Shown: positions 23,575 to 34,773 of the stretch, in pieces | Position numbering within the stretch: position 1 is the stretch's first letter | Layout: every line of letters begins with the position of its first letter | Source of the DNA: Mobula hypostoma | Lineage: Eukaryota | Assembly: GCF_963921235.1 (NCBI RefSeq) | Contig: NC_086097.1 | Location: 169,944,001-170,008,000 of the forward strand | Length of the DNA stretch: 64,000 nucleotides | Direction of reading: 5' to 3' | Translations under genes and position numbers: made by a program | The notes under the pieces: model-generated | Told to the model about the DNA's origin: nothing | Seen by the model: the letters and a program-made list of their open reading frames with translations, nothing else | The model's database searches: none

Positions 23575-25455
23575 AACCTCTAGAAATGAATGCCAATATT
23601 GCATTCACCTTCTTCACCACCGACTCAACCTGGAGGTTAACCTTTTGGGTATTCTGCACAAGGACTCCCAAGTCCCTTTGCATCTCTGCATTTTGAATTC
23701 TCTCTCCTTCTAAATAATAGTCTGCCTGTTTATTCCTTCCACCAAAGTTCATGACCATACACTTTCCAACATTGTATTCATTTGCCACTTCTTTGCCCAT
23801 TCCCCTAAACTATCAAAGTCTCTCTGCAGGCTCTCAACACTACCTGCTCCTCCACACTTTCCTCAACACTACCTGCTCCTCCACCTATCTTTGTATCATC
23901 GACAAATTTAGCCACAAATCCATTAATCCCATTGTTCAAATCGTTGATATACATCGTAAAAAGCAGCGGTCCCAACACCGACCCCTGTGGAACTCCAATG
24001 GTAACTGGCAGCCAGCCAGAATAGGATCCCTTTATTCCTACTCTCTGTTTTCTGCCGTTCAGTCAATGCTCCAACCATGCTATTAACTTCCCTGTAATTC
24101 CATGGGCTCTTTTCTTGCTAAGCAGCCTCATGCACGGCACCTTGTCAAAAGCCTTCTGAAAATCCAAGTACACCACATCTACTGCATCTCCTTAGTCTAC
24201 CTTGCTTGTAATTTCCTCAAAAAATTGCTGTAGGTTAGTCAGGCAGGATTTTCCTTTCAGGAAACCATGCTGGCTTTGGCCTATCTTCTCATGTGCCTCC
24301 AGGTATTCCGTAATCTCATCCCCAACAATCGATTCCAACAACTTCCCAACCACTGATGTCAGGCTAATGGGTCTATAGTTTTCTTTCTGCTACCTCCCTT
24401 CAAGTACAGTCACTGCAGCCGAGACTGTCACTCCCATGTGGGCCTCTACAGCCACAACAGACACTGCTCTAACACAGACTGAAGTGAGACTTTCTAGGCG
24501 CAGATCCATGGTCTCGCGAGACTAACGGATGCCACCACCACCACCTCCCTTCTTAAATAGTGGGGTAACATTTGCAATTTTCCTGTCATCTGGTACAATG
24601 CCAGAATCTATCGATTCTTGAAAGACCATTGTTAATGCCTCCGCAGTCTCTTCAGCTACTTCCTTCAGAACCTGAGGGTGCATTCCATCAGGTCCAGGAG
24701 ATTTATCCACCCTCAGACCATTATGCTTCCTGAGCACCTTCTCAGTCATAATTTTCACTGCACAAACTTCACTTCCCTGACACTCTTGAAGGTCTGGTAT
24801 ATTGCAGATGTCTTCCACTGTGAAGACTGATGCACAATATGCATTCAGTTCCTCTGCCATCTCTGCATCTCTCATTACAATATCTCCAGTGTCATTTTCT
24901 ATTGGTCCTATATCTACCCTTAACTCTCTTTTACCCTTTATGTACTTAAAAAAGCTTTTAGTATCTTCTTTGCTATTAGTCGCCAGGTTCCTTTCATAAT
25001 TCATCTTTTCCTTCCTAATGACCTTCTTAGTTTCCTTCTACAAGTTCTCAAAAGCTTCCTAATCCTCTACCTTCCCACTAGCTTTGGCTTCCTTGTATGC
25101 CCTCTCTTTTGCTTTTACTTTGGCTCTGACTTCACTTGTCAGCTATGGTAGTGTCCTTCTTCCATTTGAAAATTTCTTCTTATTTGGAATATATCTGTCT
25201 TGCACTTTCCTCATTTTTCACAGAGACTCCAGCCATTGCTGCTCTGCTGTCCTTCCTGCTAGTGTCCCTTTCCAGTCAACTTTGGCCAGTTCCCCTCTCA
25301 TGCCATTGTAGTTTACTGTAATCCACTGAAATGCCAACACATTGGAAGTTAGTTTCTCCTTCTCAAATTTCAAAGTGAACTCAATCGTATTGTGATCACA
25401 GTTCCCAAAGGGTTCCTTAACCTTAAGCTCTCTTATCAACTCTGGATCATTGCAC
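23575..25455 (-). mobile_element. CR1 LINE internal fragment (endonuclease end through RT)
   Basis: ORFs 25218-25577 (DHNTIEF), 24522-25004 (KSPGPDGMHPQVLKEVA...ANVTPLFKKG), 23573-23800 (QRDLGVLV). Confidence 0.92.
24402..24542 (+). mobile_element. 5'-truncated RTE-clade LINE 3' end with 10-bp TSD, nested in CR1
   Basis: TSD acctcccttc at 24392-24401 and 24543-24552; encodes KYSHCSRDCHSHVGLYSHNRHCSNTD*; (cca)n tail. Confidence 0.75.
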
Positions 25456-25639
25456 CAGAAAATTATGGCCATGAAATGGAGAAATAACTTATAATGGACT
25501 ATCAAGGGAGGTGATTGAGATGTATTTCTTTTTAGAAAGTACTTTGGAAACTTGGAACTCTTCCTTTCCAAAAACATCTTGAGTCTGTGCGTATTTTGCT
25601 GATCAAGAAGTGAGAATTTTGTTTATTTTGATGAACAGA

Positions 25640-26295
25640 GAGCTCTTGGGGCCCAAGTCTATACATCCCTGAAAGTAAAAACGTAAATAGATACAGTGGT
25701 AAAGAAAGCATATGCCATGGTTGCCATCATCACTTTGGTTAAGCCTCACTTTGGAGTATTCTGTATAGTTCTGGGTCGTTCCATTATAAGAAGGATGTGA
25801 AGGTTTTGGAAAGGGTACACAAGATGTTTACTAGGATGCCACCTGAATTAGATGACCTTAGCTATAAGGAGAGGTTTGACAAAATTGGGTTGTTTTCTCC
25901 TGAGCATCAGAAGCTGAGGAGAGACCTGCGAGAAGTTTATAAAATTATGAGAGGCAGAGATAAAGTATATATTCAAAACCTTTTTCAGAGTAGAAATGTT
26001 AAATGTTAGAAGACAGATATTAAATAAGGGAAGGGGAAAGTTTAAAGGAGATGTGCAGGACAAGTTTATTGACACAGAGAGTGGCGGGTGTCGAACATAC
26101 TGTAAGAGGTGGTGCTGGAAGCAGATATGATAGCAGCGTTCAAGAGGTTTTTACAAACTTTGTACATAGACATGTGAATATGCAGAGAACAGAGGGGTAA
26201 GGATGATGTGCAGGCAGGTTAAACTTAGCATCACGTTCAGCGCAACATCATTTGCCACTGAGCCTGTTCCTGTGCTACACTAATCTATATTCTTA
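25640..26295 (+). mobile_element. CR1 LINE 3' fragment
   Basis: ORF 25797-26009 LERVHKMFTRMPP...LSYKERFDKIGLFS...LRRDLREVYKIMRG. Confidence 0.8.
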
Positions 26296-27049
26296 ATAAA
26301 ATTAAAGACTGTGGAATCAAAGATGGAGAAGTGGCCAGGATTGCATTGATAAGTGGGATAGTTTCAGGACTCCAATTGAAAATCTTTATCAGTCTTCCTT
26401 TCCAGATAAGGTGCAGGAGATTTTGGTGTCGGGATGGAAATAGTCTCGGAAAACTGAGAAGATGGATGTGAATTATGCAGGTAGAAGGGACTAGCTTATG
26501 TTTTTAATTACTAATTTAATTAGCTTGGCACTGCTTTATGGGCAGAAGGGCTGTACTGTTCTATGTTATATGTTCTATAAATGGAAGGCATGTTAAAGGC
26601 ATTCCTGTTTGAAGTGCTGATTTTAGCACATAAGTTGTGGACATAGTTGGTGATTACCATAAATTGAATCAGTTAAAGTTCTAGCCACTAAACTGCTGTT
26701 CATCTTCCTTAATGAGACAAAATTAAGTGGCAATCAGCTGCCTTTGCAAGCTTCGTTCCCAGTTCCTTCTCCTCAGCAATATCTTGCATTGAGCGCTGGC
26801 TGTGCTCTTGTTTTGGCCTTAGTTATTCCTTAAGTATTGAATATGTTGTGTCTCTGATTTTGTATGAACAGAAGAAAATAGGATAATCCTGTATTCCAAA
26901 TCCATTTTCTGTCCTGTGTCCTTATCTCCTGATTTCCTTAATGTTCAAAAACCTATCCAGCATAGCCTTGAATGGTCAAGCAAGCTAAGGTTTTTCTCCT
27001 TGGAGGGAAGGTGGATCAGAGGTGTCTTGATAGAAGTGTCTGAGATGAT

Positions 27050-27495
27050 AAGACATAGGGGCAGAATTAGGCCATTCAGCCCATCGAGTCTGCCCCACCA
27101 TTCCATCATGGCTGATCGCAGATCCCACTCAAGCCATACACCTGCCTTCTCGCCACATCCTTTGATGCCCTGACAGATCAGGAAACAATCGGCTTCTGCC
27201 TCACATATACGCACGGACTTGGCCTCCAGTGCAGTCTGTGGCACAGTATTCCACAGATTCACTACTCACTGGTTAAAAAAAAACCTCCTTACTTCTGTTC
27301 TAAAAGGTCGCCCCTCAGTTTTGAGGCTGTGCCCTCTAGTTCCGGATACCCCCACCACAGGAAACATCCTCTCCACATCCACCCTATCTAGTCCTTTCAA
27401 CATTCCGTAGGTTTCAATGAGATTCCCCCGCATTCTTCTAAATTCCAGTGAGTAGAGGCCCAAAGCTGCCAAACACTCCTCTTATGTTAACCCCA
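27050..27495 (-). mobile_element. CR1 LINE 3' end nested in a plus-strand CR1 fragment (about 26960-27800)
   Basis: ORF 27266-27472 LGLYSLEFRRMRGNLIETY...; ORF 26945-27262 C-terminus; tail ataagacatagg. Confidence 0.85.
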
Positions 27496-28094
27496 AATGA
27501 TAAGAGGCATAGAAAGGGTGAACAGCTAATGCCTTTATCCCAGGTGGAAATGGCATTATTTTGAGGTGATTGGAGGCAAGTATAGGTGGGATGGCAGAAG
27601 TAGACAGTGTGGGCGAGTGGAACACAATGCCAGGTTGGTGGTAGAAGCATATATTTAGGAATATTTAAATGGATGAAAGAAAAATACAGGGCTGTGTGGG
27701 AGGGAAGCGTAAAAATGATCTTAGAGTAGGTTAACAGGTGGGCATAACATCTTAGGCTGAAAGGCTTGTACTGTGTGTACTGTTCTGTGTTCTATGTTCT
27801 ATGTACAAACTGAGTTACAGAGCATCCCACTCCTCCAGGACAGAGAACTGTGAAGGTTCATTGCCCTCTGAGTAAGTAGGTTTTGCCTCATTGTTGCCGC
27901 AGATGTCAGCCCAAGACTATACAGTTTAGTTCCAAGGTCTCCAGCAAGGGGTAGCAACCATTCAGCAGGTACCCTGTCAACTCTTGTTTGTTTCAATCAG
28001 ATCAGCTACTTTTCTTTTAATATTTCTAAACCCTGTTGAGCATAACTCTACTTTGGTCTCCTTATCTAAGAAGATACAAAATAGCTATGAATAA

Positions 28095-28206
28095 ACTAGA
28101 CTGATTCAAGGGATAACAGTTTGTAGACAGTGGATTCACTAATCTGATTCAAAGGACAACAGCCTTTAGATCGTGGATTCACCAGTCTGATTCAAAGGAG
28201 AATCCC
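28095..28206. repeat. Tandem repeat, 43-bp period, about 2.6 copies
   Basis: Units start at 28095, 28138 and 28181, sharing ctgattcaa.gga and (first two) gtggattc. Confidence 0.75.
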
Positions 28207-28509
28207 TTGTGAATCATGTGATGAATCCACCCTGTACTGCTTCCAAGGCAAGTATACCCCCTCCTAGATAAAGAGTGAAAAATGTTTTGTTATGTATTTT
28301 CCATGCATTGAAAGTAAGAATGTCTGCACAGAGTGATGGGGTAACTCACAGATGATAAGTACAAGGAGTCTGCATTGTCAAGCCCCATCTGCATAGTTCC
28401 ACAAACATCGCACAATTAATTAGAACCTCAGGTGTTGCCTAATGCAATCCATGAATGTGCAATGATTTTTCCCAGATTTTGTTTGTTGAACTGTCAAATT
28501 TCAATCTAA

Positions 28510-28975
28510 ATTTATTATCAAAGTACACATATGTCATTATATATAACCCTGGAATTTGTTTTCTTGTGGGCATACTCAGTAAATTGAAGAAACATGATAG
28601 AATCATTGAAAGACTGCACCCAGCAGGATGAACAAAGAACCAATCTGCAAAAGAGAATAAATGGTACAAATACAAAAGTAAAAGAAGAAATAATAATAAT
28701 AAATAAATAAGCAATAAATATCGAGAACACAAGATGAAGAGTACTTGAGAGTGAGCCCATAGGTTGTGGGAACAGTTCAGTGATGGAGTGAGTGTAGTTA
28801 AGTGACGTTACCCCCACTGGTTCACCAGCTTGATGGTTGAGGGGTAACAACTGTTCCTGAACCTGGTGTTGTGGGTCCTAAGGCTCCTGTACCTACTTCC
28901 CGATGGCAGCAATGAGAAGAGAGCATGGCCTGGGTGGTGTGAGGTCCTAGGTGATGGATGCTGCTTTCCTGCGAT
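28510..28975 (-). mobile_element. Rex1/Babar-type LINE 3' fragment
   Basis: Closely parallels 8560-9020 (gaacctggtgttgtgggtcc...gatggcagc...gagcatggcctgggtggtg). Confidence 0.8.
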
Positions 28976-29194
28976 AGGAATTCTGGGTTGGAATTTATAA
29001 TGGCATGAATTCCTGCCATCAAATTTCGATATTCACTGTTATAGAGTCATAGTAATATAGCACTACAGCACAGAGACAGGCTCTTCAGCCCATCTTGTCC
29101 ATGCCAGCCCGATTTTCTACCTAGCCATCCACACCTCTCTCATCAAAGTTGCTGGTGAATGCAGCAGGCCAGGCAGCATCTCTAGGAAGAGGTA

Positions 29195-29232
29195 TAGTCG
29201 ACATTTCAGGCCGAGACCCTTCGTCAGGACTA
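29195..29232 (-). ncRNA. Minimal type I hammerhead ribozyme motif (left arm of Penelope element)
   Basis: Minus strand UAGUC-CUGACGA-AGGGUCUCGGCCU-GAAAUGUC-GACUA: stem I, intact core, stem II, GUC site; helix III tetramer is AUGU rather than ACGU. Confidence 0.7.
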
Positions 29233-29527
29233 ACTGAAGGAAGAGTTAGTCAGAGATTTGAAAGTGGGAGGGGGAGGGGGAGATACAAAATGATAGGAGA
29301 AGACAGGAGTGGGAGGGATGGAGCAAAGAGCTGGACAGGTGATTGGCAAAGGGGATATGAGAGGATCATGGGACAGGAGGTCCGGGGAGAAAGACGGGGG
29401 GGGGGGCGGAACCCAGAGGATGAGCAAGGGGTATAGTCAGAGGGACAGAGGGAGAAAAAGGAGAGTGAGAGAAAGAATGTGTGTATAAAAATAAATAACG
29501 GATGGGGTACGAGGGGGAGGTGGGGCA

Positions 29528-29842
29528 TTAGCGGAAGTTAGAGAAGTCGATGTTCATGCCATCGGGTTGGAGGCTACCCAGACAGAATATAAGGTGTTGT
29601 TCCTCCAACCTGAGTGTGGAGTAGAGGAGGCCGTGGATAGACATGTCAGAATGGGAATGGGATGTGGAATTAAAATGTGTGGCCACTGGGAGATCCTGCT
29701 TTCTCTGGCGGACAGAGCGTAGGTGTTCAGCAAAGCGGTCTCCCAGTCTGTGCCGGGTCTCGCCAATATATAGAAGGCCACATCGGGAGCACCGGACGCA
29801 GTATATCACCCCAGCCGACTCACAGGTGAAGTGTTGCCTCAC
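29528..29842 (-). pseudogene. GIY-YIG endonuclease domain of Penelope-like ORF (C-terminal fragment)
   Basis: VIYCVRCSRCGLLYIGETRHRLGDRFAEH...LEEQHLIFCLGSLQPDGMN; upstream RT part is frameshifted and 5'-truncated. Confidence 0.9.
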
Positions 29843-31055
29843 CTGGAAGGACTGTTTGGGGCCCTGAATGGTGGTAAGGGAGGAAGTGTAAGGGCATGTG
29901 TAGCACTTGTTCCGCTTACAAGGATAAGTGCCAGGAGGGAGATCAGTGGGGAGGGATGGGGGGGATGAATGGACAAGAGAGTCGCGTAGGGAGTGATCCC
30001 TGCGGAAAGCGGGGGGGGGGAGAGGGAAAGATGTGCTTAGTGGTGGGATCCCGTTGGAGGTGGCGGAAGTTACGGAGAATAATATGTTGGACCTGGAGGC
30101 TGGTGGGGTGGTAGGTGAGGACCAGGGGAACCCTATTCCTAGTGGGGTGGCGGGAGGATGGAGTGAGAGCAGATGTACGTGAAATGGGGGAGATGCGTTT
30201 GAGAGCAGAGTTGATGGGTGGAGGAAGGGAAGTCCCTTTCTTTAAAAAAGGAGGACATCTCCCTCATCCTGGAATGAAAAGCCTCATCCTGAGAGCAGAT
30301 GCGGCAGAGACGGAGGAACTGCAAGAAGGGGATGGCATTTTTGCAAGAGACAGGGTGAGAAGAGGAATAGTCCAGATAGCTGTGAGAGTCAGTAGGCTTA
30401 TAGTAGACATAAGCTGTCTCCAGAGACAGAGACAGAAAGATCTAGAAAGGGGAGGGAGGTGTTGGAAATGGACCAGGTAAACTTGAGGGCAGGGTGAAAG
30501 TTGGAGGCAAAGTTAATAAAGTCAATGAGCTCAGCATGCGTGCAGGAAGCAAAATCTCCCAGAGAATCTTCCTGCACAGAGAAAGCAGGATCTCCCAGTG
30601 GCCACACATTTTAATTCCACATCCCATTCCCATTCTGACATGTCTATTCACGGCCTCCTCTACTGTAAAGATGAAGCCACACTCAGGTTGGAGGAACAAC
30701 ACCTTATATTCCGTCTGGGTAGCCTCCAACCTGATGGCATGAACATCGACTTCTCTAACTTCCGCTAATGCCCCACCTCCCCCTCGTACCCCATCCGTTA
30801 TTTATTTTTATACACACATTCTTTCTCTCACTCTCCTTTTTCTCCCTCTGTCCCTCTGACTATACCCCTTGCCCATCCTCTGGGTTCTGCCCCCTCTTGT
30901 CTTTCTCCCCGGACCTCCTGTCCCATGATCCTCTCATATCCCCTTTGCCAATCACCTGTCCAGCTCTTGGCTCCATACCTCTCCCTCCTGTCTTCTCCTA
31001 TCATTTTGGATCTCCCCCTCCCACTTTCAAATCTCTTACTAACTCTTCCTTCAGT

Positions 31056-31093
31056 TAGTCTTGATGAAGGGTCTCGGCCTGAAACGTCGACTG
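31056..31093 (+). ncRNA. Minimal type I hammerhead ribozyme motif, core-mutated (right arm)
   Basis: UAGUC-UUGAUGA-AGGGUCUCGGCCU-GAAACGUC-GACUG; first core C replaced by U. Confidence 0.6.
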
Positions 31094-31200
31094 TACCTCT
31101 TCCTAGAGATGTTGCCTGGCCTGCTGCGTTCACCAGCAACTTTGATGTGCGTTGCTTGAATTTCCAGCATCTGCAGAATTCCTGTTGTTCACACCTCTCT

Positions 31201-32280
31201 TATTCTTGTTTCTATCCAAACTTCTCTTAAATGTTACAATTTACTACACTTACCACTTCCACTGGCAGCTCAATCCACTCTCACACTAGCCCGAGTGAAA
31301 AAGTTTCCCTTCAGATTCCAGTTAAATATTTCATCTTTCAGCCTGATTCAATGAACTCTAGTTCTAGTCTTACCCAACCTGAGGAGAAAAAGCCTGCATA
31401 CATTCACACTATCTATACCACACCTAATTTGCATAACTTTATAGGATCTTCCTTCCTTCTCCTGTGCTCCAGGGAATGAAGTCTTAACCTGTTCAACCAA
31501 TCCCTGTAACTCAGGTCCACAAGTCCCGGCAACATTAGTGTAAATTTTCTCTGCACTCCTTCAAGCTTATTGATATTTTTTTCCTGTAGGTAAGTGACTA
31601 GAACTGCACACAATACTCGACAATTGGCCTTGCCAACATCTTGATGTCTTGAAGAGTCTCGTTCCAAAGTGTCAACTGTTTATTCATTTACATGGATACT
31701 GCCTGACCATTTTATGTGTGTTGTTCTGGATTTCCAGCAACTGCAGAATTTCTTGTGCTTACCAATATCTTATACAATTTCAACATAACATCCCACTCAA
31801 TGCCCTGATTTATGAAGGCCAATGTGCCAAAAGCTCACTTTACCATCTCAGTGGCATTCTCATAGAATTATGGGTGCTTGGAAATAGGTACCGAGGGGAT
31901 GTCAGGGGTAAGTTTTTCACACAGAGAGTGGTGGGTGTGTGGAATGCACTGCCAGCGGTGGCGGTGGAAGTGGATACAATAGGGTCTTTTAACAGCCTCT
32001 TAGATAGGTACATGGAGTTTAGAAAAATAGAGGGCTATGCGGTAGGGTAATTCCAGGCAGTTTCTACAGTAGGTTAGCGTCCTGTAGATTTCTGTGTTCT
32101 ATGTTCTCAGGTCTCTTTGCTCTACCGCACACCCTAATGCCCTTTCATTCACTCTGTATGTCCTATCGTGGTTTGTCCTCTTAAAGTGCGACACTTCACA
32201 TTCACCTGCATTAAATTCCATCTGCCATTTTGCAGCCCATTTCCCCAGCTGGTTCAGACAATTTTACAAGCTTTGATAGG
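31201..32280. mobile_element. Cluster of CR1 fragments (minus-strand copy with a plus-strand 3' end at about 31870-32107)
   Basis: ORF 31413-31667 KLEGVQRKFTLMLPGL..LSYRDWLNRL; ORF 31649-32050 C-terminal KFFTQRVVGVWNALP. Confidence 0.75.
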
Positions 32281-32559
32281 AAAACCAAGCTTTATTAGTT
32301 GTCATATATTGCCTATACTGGTTGCTGTGGTCATACTGGGAATGGTGATTATGGTTTCCAACAAATTATAGAAATGTTTCCTCTTCTTGCTATCACATTA
32401 TCAGTTAAAATGAACTTTCAGCTTTGGTTGTCGAAGTACCAATTCAGCAAATGCTTTGGCTCATTCTTATGAAGGATCTCTGACCTAACATTTTTACTAT
32501 TTTTCTTTCTCCATAGATGCCACTTGACTTTCTGAGTGAACCAAGTGTGCATCAGAGGA

Positions 32560-33920
32560 TCTGTCCTGGGACCAGCACTTAAGTACTATTTCAAAGGGGG
32601 CAAGGCAGTGCCTCTATTTTCATAGAGATTCGCACAGACTCAGCATGTCATCTAAAAGCTGGCAGTCCATCCCAGGAAAAGCCCTCCCCACCATTGAGCA
32701 CATCCACAAGTAGATCTGCCACAAGAAAGCATCATCCATCTTCAAGGACCCTGACTGTCCAGTCTATGCTGTCTTCTCACTGCTGCTATCGGGAAGGAGG
32801 TATAGGAGCCTTAGCTCCCACACCACCAGGATCAGGAACAGTTATTACCCTTCAACGAGCCGGTTCCCAAACCAGCATAGATAACTTCACTCACCTCACG
32901 CTGAACCGTGGGCTCACTTTCAAGGACTCTACAACTCGTGTTCTTGGCATTATTTATTTATTTGTTAGTTAGTTAGTTAGTTAATTAATTAATTATTATT
33001 ATTTGTATTTCACAGTTCATCTTCTTTTGCATGTTGGTTGTTTGTCAGTCTTGGTGTGTAGTTTTTCATTGGTTCTATTATATTTCTTTGTTCTACTGAG
33101 AATGCCTGTAAGAAAATGAACCTCAGAGTAGTATATGGTGACATACACGTATGTAGTTTGAGAATAAATTTATTTTGAACTTTGAGTGTTCTTGGCATTT
33201 TTTTCCTTATTTCAGCCAATATAATATTGTGTTCCAATTAGCTTATTTATTGTAGGGTAGAGTAGTAGAGTAGTGATCACTCTTTGGCAGGGAAAAGGAA
33301 TTCAGGAGAACACTCGTCAAGCGGTCAGCAGTGGAAAGGGTGAGCAGCTTCAAGTTCCTGGGCATTAACATCTCGGAGGATCGATTCTGAGCCCAGTGCA
33401 TTGATGGAATCATGAAGAAGGCACGTGAGTGGCTATACTTCATTCGATGATTGAGGAGATTAGGATGTCACAAAAGACTCAAGCAAATTTCTGCATGGGT
33501 ATGGTGGAGAGCATTCTGAATGGTTGCCTCACTCCCTGGAGGCACCAATGCACAGGATTGAAAGTGGCCTGTTCCATCATGAGATCAATCCTCCCCACCA
33601 CCGAGGACACCTTAAAGATGTGGTGCCTCAGAAAGGAGCCATCCATCTCTAAGGACCCTCACCATTCAGGACATGCCCCCTTTTTATTACTACCATTGGG
33701 GAGGAGGAACAGGAGACTGAAGATTCACACTCAGTGATTCCGTCCATCATCAGGTTTCTGATGGACCATGAGCTCATGAACATTACTTCACTAGTCATTC
33801 CTCTTTTGGACTATTCTTTTGTAACTTATGTGCGCATAGTAATATTTTTTATGTCTTGCACTGTACTGCTGCAACAAAAAAATTCACAACATATGTCAGT
33901 GATAATAAACCTGATTCTAA
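32560..33920 (+). mobile_element. Two tandem Rex1/Babar-type LINE 3' fragments (about 32560-33185 and 33290-33920)
   Basis: ttttgaactttga tail near 33180; ORF 33429-33737 NFCMGMVESILNGCLT...SKDPHHSGHAPFLLLPLGRR; tail gataataaacctgattct. Confidence 0.8.
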
Positions 33921-34142
33921 AATAACTTCTTTGACTGTAAAATACTCTGGGGAATCCTGTGCTTGAGAAAGATAGGAAAGCAAGATTTCTGTTCTGATCA
34001 TATCCTGCCTACTACAGAGAGAGTTCAACTGTTTGCTGGATAGGATTAAAATGCAGAAGTATTGCTTTTGTAACTGTTCCCCCAAACCTTTGATGTGTTT
34101 TTGATGACTTACTTTGATAATGCTTTGATTTTCAAGTATTAC

Positions 34143-34242
34143 CTGGGTTGTGCTGATTTACTGTAGCAGCTGGGGACATCTGGTGAACATATGCAATAGT
34201 ATACCAGAACTGAGAGCCACAGTAATGCCTGCAGTCTAATAC
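34143..34242 (-). other. Candidate isolated 100-nt exon of an unidentified host gene
   Basis: Acceptor tttgtctctgctccag| and donor ccag|gtaata in non-repeat DNA; two frames open (VLDCRHYCGSQFWYTIAYVHQMSPAATVNQHNP; IRLQALLWLSVLVYYCICSPDVPSCYSKSAQP). Confidence 0.3.
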
Positions 34243-34551
34243 CTGGAGCAGAGACAAATGTATTGGTTAAAGAATACAAACGATGTGAAGAACCATTATA
34301 TCCCCTCAAGGGCACACACGTTGAGCACCCAAATATATCTGTAGTCAGTGTCACACTACGATGTAATGAATTCAGGATGTAATGAGTCTATTGTTTCTTG
34401 CCCTTGCAGATGACATTCACCTTATTGATTCTTTTTCTCATTTACTAATACAAAATTAACAGAATGTGATGAATAGCATTTAAATACATTCTGAAGAAAG
34501 ATACAAGGCGTACCTTTACAATAAGAAAGAATTCAACATTTCCTAAGGATA

Positions 34552-34773
34552 AACAACAGGAATTCTGCAGATGCTGGAAATTCAAGCAACACACATCAAA
34601 GTTGCTGGTGAACGCAGCAGGCCAAGCAGCATCTGTAGGAAGAGGTGCAGTCGGCGTTTCAGACCGAGACCCTTCGACAGTCCTGACGAAGGGTCTTGGC
34701 CTGAAACGTCGACTGCACCTCTTCCTACAGATGCTGCTTGGCCTGCTGCGTTCACCAGCAACTTTGATGTGTG
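34552..34773. mobile_element. Young Penelope-derived fold-back mini-element with 13-bp TSD
   Basis: TSD tttcctaaggata at 34539-34551 and 34774-34786; near-perfect inverted arms of about 90 bp; termini match 29141-31189. Confidence 0.92.
34678..34715 (+). ncRNA. Minimal type I hammerhead ribozyme motif with intact consensus
   Basis: CAGUC-CUGACGA-AGGGUCUUGGCCU-GAA-ACGU-C-GACUG: perfect 5-bp stem I, core boxes, stem II, palindromic ACGU, GUC cleavage triplet ending at 34710. Confidence 0.8.

Larger units (their letters stand above)
29141..31189 (-). mobile_element. Penelope-like retroelement with inverted (fold-back) arms and 11-bp TSD, inserted in a minus-strand CR1 3' end
   Basis: TSD cacacctctct at 29130-29140 and 31190-31200; about 29141-29710 is the inverted copy of about 30577-31147; minus-strand RT C-terminus (FASNFHPALKFTWSIS..LPFLD) and GIY-YIG. 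Confidence 0.92.

Noticed and set aside
23835..23885. Short tandem duplication tcaacactacctgctcctccac
   Set aside because: Ordinary local duplication inside a dead CR1
28095..28206. Repeat array as CRISPR-like
   Set aside because: Whole units are homologous with no unique spacers, no cas genes, eukaryotic context
34648..34680. Functional hammerhead on the minus strand of the left arm
   Set aside because: Core reads CUGUCGA, the cleavage triplet is GCC and stem I is disrupted by the fold-back junction
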